Shown here piece by piece: positions 57,966 to 64,000 of a DNA stretch of 64,000 nt; the first letter of the stretch is position 1; each line of letters begins with the position of its first letter. Origin of the DNA: Nitrososphaera sp. (GTDB lineage Archaea; Thermoproteota; Nitrososphaeria; Nitrososphaerales; Nitrososphaeraceae); contig DATBMW010000092.1 in the NCBI GenBank assembly GCA_036554645.1, positions 510 to 64,509 of the forward strand. The letters run 5' to 3'. The notes below the pieces were generated by a model, which was given only the letters and a program-made list of their open reading frames with translations, made no database searches and was not told where the DNA came from. A program made the translations under genes and the position numbers.

Positions 57966-58474
57966 CCTGATTTGAACTTTTTTGCAACTGCCGAGTTGAG
58001 CCAGTGAATTCCGGCGGTAGTGATGCGATATTTGCCTGCTTCCTTTTCATCTCGTGCAACATAGCCGGCTTTGGCAAGTTCTGATATCCTGGAGCTTATT
58101 GATTTTGGATTAAGGGCCGTCGCTGCGTGAATATCTGAAACCTGCATCGAGTCGTCCTGTAGCTTGCCAAGGTCTTTGGCTATTCTGGCCCCAACCAGCT
58201 GTAGCAAAACCACATCCTTGTCCGACAGGTTGACATCCAGTTCGGGAATAACGCGCGGTCCTTCTTCGGTGATCTTGATCAACTTGGAATACATCTCGAT
58301 TAACTCGGGAGCAGAATAGTTGAGCGATATATTTCTCGCCAATTCCATTGCCGGGACTTGTTTTGAAAGAAAGTTCATTACAGATAGCATGACGGACTCG
58401 GCCGAGCCAGTGAACTGGACTTTTACTTCCCCTACAGTAACAGAAACACTGACATTGTTTTCACTCTGGCTCAT
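57962..58474 (-). CDS. Hypothetical protein: similar N-domain plus C-terminal winged helix
   Basis: VSVSVTVGEVKVQFTG; LNPKSISSRISELAKAGYV...GKYRITTAG; ATG 58474 fits TATA at 58501-58507. Confidence 0.8.
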   Translation of the reverse strand: MSQSENNVSVSVTVGEVKVQFTGSAESVMLSVMNFLSKQVPAMELARNISLNYSAPELIEMYSKLIKITEEGPRVIPELDVNLSDKDVVLLQLVGARIAKDLGKLQDDSMQVSDIHAATALNPKSISSRISELAKAGYVARDEKEAGKYRITTAGIHWLNSAVAKKFKSG

Positions 58475-58520
58475 ACGATTCCTCAAGAAAATTGCTGACA
58501 TATATATGAATTCGGAAGGC

Positions 58521-59153
58521 TCACGCGGCGAGGCGTTTGCGTTCGGCGTTTTGTTTCCTTCTATAGAGCAGGTAAGTAACTGCTATCAACGCACCGGAAG
58601 CAAGAAGGCTGAACATGGTTGTATTGATGTCATTGTCAACTGCGGTACACTCGAATTCTCCGGCCGCACATCCAGCGCCAAAGAATACTCCGTTCCACGT
58701 TGAATGGGTGAGAACAGAGAACCAACCTTTTCCGCTCACCCATGTCCTCAAGCTAAAGAAAAGGGACGGCAGAACAAAGAGCAGGTTGCCAAATGCAAGA
58801 CTTCCCAGCTCAAGGGAATCGGTGTTCAAGAGATGTATGCCGACCCAGACTGCACCGGTGACCAGAACAGAATAGGCGTTACCAAAAACGTAGAACGGAA
58901 TCCCAAAGAATACGGTCTCCTCTATCGGACCGGCAGCCAGAACGGAAGAAAGTGATCTAGGGATGCTCGGCTGCTCGTAATCCGGGATTGCGAGCTCGAC
59001 TATAGCGGTTCCCGCAAGCAGCAGGCCCAAGCCGATTCCGTGGTAGAAAAGGAGCATCTTTGTAAGGTAGCCAACCGAAGCGCGACGGTACCTTGAAAGC
59101 CATGACCTGGGGTGAAAGTCTGCCTTCTCATCAGAAAACCGCGCTTCACCCAA
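58521..59153 (-). CDS. CPBP (Abi/CAAX protease-like) intramembrane protease
   Basis: GPIEETVF, WVGIH, HSTWN; multi-TM. Confidence 0.8.
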   Translation of the reverse strand: MGEARFSDEKADFHPRSWLSRYRRASVGYLTKMLLFYHGIGLGLLLAGTAIVELAIPDYEQPSIPRSLSSVLAAGPIEETVFFGIPFYVFGNAYSVLVTGAVWVGIHLLNTDSLELGSLAFGNLLFVLPSLFFSLRTWVSGKGWFSVLTHSTWNGVFFGAGCAAGEFECTAVDNDINTTMFSLLASGALIAVTYLLYRRKQNAERKRLAA

Positions 59154-59195
59154 GATGGCAGCTTCCAGGCATAGAACATCTAAAGAACATTACTC

Positions 59196-59519
59196 TTACA
59201 TCCAGTCCTCCCATGCCGACACGTATAGCTCTATCAGTCCGCGCGCAGGGTGCGACAACGCGAGAGAATCCTTTGTCTTTCCGAGACAGTCTAGAAATAG
59301 CTTTAACGGGGACGGAACTCGCTCCAGGGCCATCATGTCCCTTCGGCATTCTTCAACTATGCTGGCAACCTGCCCATCGTACATTTTTGATACAGAGTCA
59401 ATGACGCTTGCTATTTCTTGTTCTAGAACAGATTTTTCTGCGAGTTGCCTGCGCAAGTTGGAGGAATTAATGGAAAACGACTCGTAGTAAATATCCCGGG
59501 TGTCTCTTGGCTTGTACAT
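59196..59519 (-). CDS. Hypothetical protein
   Basis: 107-aa helical ORF starting right after the gatE stop. Confidence 0.65.
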   Translation of the reverse strand: MYKPRDTRDIYYESFSINSSNLRRQLAEKSVLEQEIASVIDSVSKMYDGQVASIVEECRRDMMALERVPSPLKLFLDCLGKTKDSLALSHPARGLIELYVSAWEDWM

Positions 59520-61421
59520 CTATTTTACCATCTTTTCCAGCTTGTCCTTCAAGAGCTGGTTAATCTTTTGACCGTCAGCTTTTCCCCTCAAATTCGACAT
59601 TGCCCTTCCCATGAGCGTGCTTAACGCTCCCATTCCTTTTTCCTTTACAGCCTTGGCGTTATCTCTAATTATCCCATCAAGCATGACAGAGAGCTCTTGG
59701 TCGCTTATTGAGGACATGCCTGAAACTGAAATCGCTTCGTCTACAGTACTGGCTTCTTTTCTTGCGAGCTTTTCGAATATGACCAGAACAGACTCTTTTG
59801 CTATTGACCCGGAGTCCAGTCTGCGAAAAATATCAGCGAACATTTCACCCGTCAGAGCGGTCACGTCAAGTCCTTGTTTTTGCAGGCTGGCCAGGCCCTC
59901 TGTAAGTTTTGACGCCACAAATGTCGGAGAAATGCCAGTATTTCCGACGATAGATTCGAATGTGCCAAGGTAGTCTGAATCAAAAATCTGACTTGCGATT
60001 ACCCTGTTAAGTTCGTATTTCTTAGCGATCGAATCAATTATCTCATCCCAGGGTCTTGGAACCTTGTCTGCAAGATCCCTGAGCATTGATTCTGTAACTG
60101 GAATCGTGGGAATGTCCGTCTCGGGATACATTCTTGCAGCTCCGGGTCTTGGCCTGAGAAATACCGTCGTGCCGTCGGCATTCGCTGCCCTTGTTTCGGC
60201 TGGTACGCCAGTAGTGGCAGCCTTGAGTCGCTGGACTATTGCATCTGCCGCAGCCCCGACCACATTCTTTGGGCCACCAACGATCACGAATGCATCAACA
60301 TCGTGGAGCTGCAATTTCTTCCGGATGGCCGTCACCTCCTTGTCCGTGATGCCGTAGTTGGGAAGTTCGTCAGAGTGGAAAACACCGTCCAGATCATAGA
60401 ACTTTACCATTCTCCCCAGCTCCTTACCAATCCTGACATCAGGATACGGTTCGTACCCAATCATGCCAGAAAATCCGGGGATCCGTATTGCGGAGAAAAG
60501 CGAGTCCTGGACTCCAAGAATTTTCTTTACTATCTTTGATTGAGCCGCCTCCAATATTTCGGTAACGTCTGCAATTCTGTCTCCGATCTTTTCTGCAACA
60601 ACATTTCTTTCACCTAGTTTCTGCGCGATCAAGACAAGCCCGTGCTGTCGCCTGGTTTCATGCTCAATCACCTTTACAAGCTGATCAAGCTGCTGTACTC
60701 CTTTGACCTCTACCACCGCGCCTCCCAGCAAAGAGATGTTTACATCCTGTCTGATGCTCCCAAGACCCCTTGCTACGCGCTTGCTCGCCCTGAGGAGCCT
60801 CCCCAGTGTAAGAGCAACCTGCATGATCTCATCAGGCTTGCCTGTTACGGGCTCTAGGGCTATTTCGACAAGTGGAACGCCCAGCCTGTCAAGCCCATAC
60901 TGTCTTTTCTGCTTGCCATCATCGATCAATTTTGCGGCGTCCTCTTCAAGGCATATACTCTGGACGCCGACTCGCTTTGCTCCTGCGTTGAAATGTCCAC
61001 CGGTTGCGACGAGCATGGTGCGTTGAAAACCCGTTGTATTGGATCCGTCAATTACTATTTTTCGCATGACATGTATTTCATCCATTATTTTGGAGTTAAG
61101 CGCAAGTGAAAATATCAGGGCAGTTTCAAGGGGCTCGGCGCTCACATCGTGCGGAGGCTCCTCGTCTGCTTCTACAAGACAGCTGGAGCCCAAGCTTGCG
61201 TGGTATTCAACCGTGCGCATCTTGCTGAATTCGAACATTGCGGCTGGATCGAGAGCACCCATTTCGCTCCGGGTTGGGCGCAACTTTCTTACAAAACTGT
61301 AATCATATTTTTCAGCTTCCCCACAATCACATGAGCAGAACAGTTTAGTTCTAGTGGCAAGCTGCTGATGTATTTCGAACCCCACCTTTAGATCCAGTTC
61401 TGCCGGGTCTAATTGCGCCAA
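59520..61421 (-). CDS. gatE: Glu-tRNA(Gln) amidotransferase subunit E
   Basis: GFEIHQQL, DEEPP, DGSNTTGFQRT, RGLGSIRQD, RPRPGAARMYPETD. Confidence 0.97.
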   Translation of the reverse strand: MAQLDPAELDLKVGFEIHQQLATRTKLFCSCDCGEAEKYDYSFVRKLRPTRSEMGALDPAAMFEFSKMRTVEYHASLGSSCLVEADEEPPHDVSAEPLETALIFSLALNSKIMDEIHVMRKIVIDGSNTTGFQRTMLVATGGHFNAGAKRVGVQSICLEEDAAKLIDDGKQKRQYGLDRLGVPLVEIALEPVTGKPDEIMQVALTLGRLLRASKRVARGLGSIRQDVNISLLGGAVVEVKGVQQLDQLVKVIEHETRRQHGLVLIAQKLGERNVVAEKIGDRIADVTEILEAAQSKIVKKILGVQDSLFSAIRIPGFSGMIGYEPYPDVRIGKELGRMVKFYDLDGVFHSDELPNYGITDKEVTAIRKKLQLHDVDAFVIVGGPKNVVGAAADAIVQRLKAATTGVPAETRAANADGTTVFLRPRPGAARMYPETDIPTIPVTESMLRDLADKVPRPWDEIIDSIAKKYELNRVIASQIFDSDYLGTFESIVGNTGISPTFVASKLTEGLASLQKQGLDVTALTGEMFADIFRRLDSGSIAKESVLVIFEKLARKEASTVDEAISVSGMSSISDQELSVMLDGIIRDNAKAVKEKGMGALSTLMGRAMSNLRGKADGQKINQLLKDKLEKMVK

Positions 61422-61462
61422 GCCGGGCTAGAGTCTTGTTTTTCACACGTATTAACGATTGC

Positions 61463-62803
61463 CTAATCAGAGACTGGAATGCTCTCCGAGATTTCATTAG
61501 AGATGTTCTCAAGCATGATGTCCTTGAAATCTTTGGAACTCTGTACATTTGCCAGCGCCCACATGGCCTTTACCGTTGCAGTTTCTGAAATCATATCCGA
61601 CAATGGCACGACACCAATCCCGAGCAAATCACGCCCTGTGTCGTACACTTTCATGCTGACCCTTCCCCAGATGCATTGCGAAGTCATGCAAGTCGTTACG
61701 CCCGCTTCAACTGCCTTTTGGATCGCGGGAAAGCACTCTTTGTTGACGTGGCCGAGACCCGTGCCCTCCAGGATTATTGCCTTGTAGCCCGACTTGGCCG
61801 CATTTTCAATGATCTTCGGATCAAGGCCCGGGTAATACTTTATCAGCAGCACCCTGCTGTCAAAGTCAGGTTGCAGTCTCAGCTTGTTCGAATTCATCCT
61901 CCCAGTCAGCCTGATCTGGCTCGCTACCTGCATTTCGATTGCGTTGTTCCGGACCAGTGCTGCGGGCGTAACGTCAATTGATTCAAATGCGTCGCGCCGG
62001 CTGGTATGATTCTTTCTTACCCTTGTACCTACGTGGACAGCAACCGCATCGTCAGAAGTTCCGGCATGCATCGCCACAAAGACACCGGAGACGTTTGCCC
62101 TTGCTGCAAATACAGTTGCTCCAAGAAGATTGACCGCAGCGTCTGACGACGGCCTGTCAGAGGATCTCTGTGCCCCCACAAGCACGACCGGGACGGGGAT
62201 GTTTTGAAGTGCAAAGCTTAGTGCAGCGGCAGTATAGTGCATGGTGTCTGTTCCGTGTGAGACAACTATGCCACTGTAATTGCCCGACTCTATTTTTTCT
62301 GCGACTTTTTTTGCAATCAATGTCCAGTGTTCAGGTTTCAGGTTTTCGCTGTACTCGCTCAGGAGAACCTCGGGGTCAACCCGCGCAAAAGTGGCCAGCT
62401 CTGGCACCGAGGAATACAGTTCAGCGGCTGATAGCGCTGCATGCACGCCGCCAGTCCTGTAATCAATCTTGCTCGCTATCGTTCCGCCGGTGCTTATTAG
62501 AGCGACTCTTGGAAGACTCTTGTCTTCATCTGGCCCCGTGGTTGTATCATGCGCTTCGATCTTTTTCGCAGGCAATTTTGATATCGATCGTACTCTATCA
62601 ATCTTGATTCCGGTGTTATAACCACTCTTTAGTTTTATGACCAGATAGTTGTCGCTCGCGGATTCATACCTCGGCATTATCACACCCGAGAGTTCGCCAT
62701 CGGGAGTGGCAACAGTTACCGTGTCGCCCACAGATAAGTGATGACTGGAAAGCAAATCGAGGCCGGCTCCTCTATAGCCGCCGCTTCCACCCTCTGTCAA
62801 CAT
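61463..62803 (-). CDS. gatD: Glu-tRNA(Gln) amidotransferase subunit D
   Basis: KLKSGYN, TGGTIAS, HGTDTM, QRSSDRPSSD, HTSRRDAF. Confidence 0.97.
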   Translation of the reverse strand: MLTEGGSGGYRGAGLDLLSSHHLSVGDTVTVATPDGELSGVIMPRYESASDNYLVIKLKSGYNTGIKIDRVRSISKLPAKKIEAHDTTTGPDEDKSLPRVALISTGGTIASKIDYRTGGVHAALSAAELYSSVPELATFARVDPEVLLSEYSENLKPEHWTLIAKKVAEKIESGNYSGIVVSHGTDTMHYTAAALSFALQNIPVPVVLVGAQRSSDRPSSDAAVNLLGATVFAARANVSGVFVAMHAGTSDDAVAVHVGTRVRKNHTSRRDAFESIDVTPAALVRNNAIEMQVASQIRLTGRMNSNKLRLQPDFDSRVLLIKYYPGLDPKIIENAAKSGYKAIILEGTGLGHVNKECFPAIQKAVEAGVTTCMTSQCIWGRVSMKVYDTGRDLLGIGVVPLSDMISETATVKAMWALANVQSSKDFKDIMLENISNEISESIPVSD

Positions 62804-62893
62804 ATCGAATGACGGGCGTTCAATATATTAACAGATCTGGAAAAAGTACGTCATCGCCACATGCCGTCAATTTTGCACAGGCAGCGAGCTCAA

Positions 62894-63322
62894 TCAAGGA
62901 CTTTTGCTGCCGGAATGCTCCGTGATTGCAATGTTTCTTTCCTCCAGAATCCTTAGAATAGCCCTCTCTATTTGTGGTTCGCTGATGTATCCGAAATCCC
63001 ACGCATCAATGAAACTCTGGAACTCGATCTCTAGAGCCTTGGCCGTATCCTGGAATTCAACCATCCTGTCAAGCGTGTCTGGTGACCTGTATCCCTTTGC
63101 TACCATGATAGGGCAGCGCTGGTCACCCCCAATTGGGATGTACCACGCGTTCTTCGCAAATCTGTAGCGGCCGTCCGCTAGCACGGTGTACATTCTCATA
63201 AGCTCGTCGCTTGTCAGTTTCTGAAGATCAGCGTACCATGGCTCGCCTTCAGGACTGACGGCCACGCTCATGTTTCCGTCCCTCGTGTAGCTTTTGCCGA
63301 ACACTGCTATGCTATGGCGCAT
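62894..63322 (-). CDS. Hypothetical protein
   Basis: 142-aa ORF co-oriented between nadM and gatD. Confidence 0.6.
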   Translation of the reverse strand: MRHSIAVFGKSYTRDGNMSVAVSPEGEPWYADLQKLTSDELMRMYTVLADGRYRFAKNAWYIPIGGDQRCPIMVAKGYRSPDTLDRMVEFQDTAKALEIEFQSFIDAWDFGYISEPQIERAILRILEERNIAITEHSGSKSP

Positions 63323-63340
63323 CGTCTAGAAATATGTTTT

Positions 63341-63883
63341 CTATGCGGAATGATCCTCATTAACATCCTTTTCGGCGATTGCCTTAACCCTGTTAACACC
63401 GTCGATCTCTTTAAGGATCTTGTGCACTGGCACTGATACCATCTTTTCCCAGCCGCGCTTATCTTCTCGCATCATTTTTCTAATCTCTGTCGCCGCCATT
63501 TCGCTCCGCCTGTACAGCGGGGCTTGAAGGACTCTGATTCCGCGCTCGCGAAATAACATGAGGGTAAAGGGATCGTTAGCAATAACAAGGTCATACTCTG
63601 GAACAAGTTCATCCACCTTGTGGGTCCACCTGGAATGGTCGCCGACATCCGGCACAGGTACTATCATGATCCTGTTTGCATCGATCTTTTCCGCGTTCAA
63701 TGTTTCCTTTATCATTCTGATGCGTTCGCCTGAAGTGAAGGGATTCCTCGGCTCATGGCTTTTTTGCGCGCTGCCAACGACTATTACCAGAACCTTCGCT
63801 TTGCCGAGCGCGAATCGTACGGTCGCAAGGTGTCCAAGGTGGAACGGCTGGAATCTTCCAATAAACAGCGCCGTCCCTTCCAA
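63341..63883 (-). CDS. nadM: Nicotinamide-nucleotide adenylyltransferase
   Basis: FIGRFQPFHLGH, GSAQ, NPFTSGER, ATEIR. Confidence 0.93.
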   Translation of the reverse strand: MEGTALFIGRFQPFHLGHLATVRFALGKAKVLVIVVGSAQKSHEPRNPFTSGERIRMIKETLNAEKIDANRIMIVPVPDVGDHSRWTHKVDELVPEYDLVIANDPFTLMLFRERGIRVLQAPLYRRSEMAATEIRKMMREDKRGWEKMVSVPVHKILKEIDGVNRVKAIAEKDVNEDHSA

Positions 63884-64000
63884 GAGTAATCATGCAGCAT
63901 GCGACCGCATTTTAAGCATTCTTTCAAAATCCTGCTTGGCGCGCGATTTCGTTACGGGGCTGCCCTGTTCTCTGCGGTCTTGCAACTCGAACCTTCGCAC

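Noticed and set aside
42590-62803. Co-occurrence of ND-AspRS/GatCAB and GatDE
   Set aside because: Standard archaeal indirect Asn and Gln aminoacylation; not novel
63884-64000. Possible gene fragment at the window end
   Set aside because: Too short to choose a frame or strand
1-64000. CRISPR arrays, tRNA or rRNA genes
   Set aside because: No spaced direct repeats or cloverleaf/rRNA signatures seen by eye; tRNAscan-SE and Infernal would be needed to exclude them

Overview
This is a gene-dense archaeal chromosome segment, almost certainly from an ammonia-oxidising Nitrososphaerota (Thaumarchaeota, Nitrososphaera-like). Markers: eukaryote-type topoisomerase IB, class I LysRS, FBP aldolase/phosphatase, GINS-MCM-Hel308, both GatCAB and GatDE, PEF-CTERM and CFI-box-CTERM surface proteins, and two PII proteins. 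Most of the window is housekeeping (purine synthesis, TCA/gluconeogenesis, translation, replication). The main accessory feature is an ~11 kb island (29.4-40.5 kb) of exported, membrane-anchored proteins that looks like a surface copper-capture and import system. It holds a cupredoxin, a CopC-CopD-YtkA-beta-propeller fusion, seven YtkA/FixH-like domains, five proteins whose mature chain begins with His, and a His-rich membrane protein coupled to a double winged-helix regulator. Also notable: a stand-alone divergent nurA-herA pair beside two paralogous winged-helix genes and a palindromic operator; a 15-bp motif shared upstream of both PII genes; and small zinc-finger genes. No tRNA, rRNA, CRISPR array, transposase or integrase was recognised. 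All calls come from motif reading by eye; no database searches were run.
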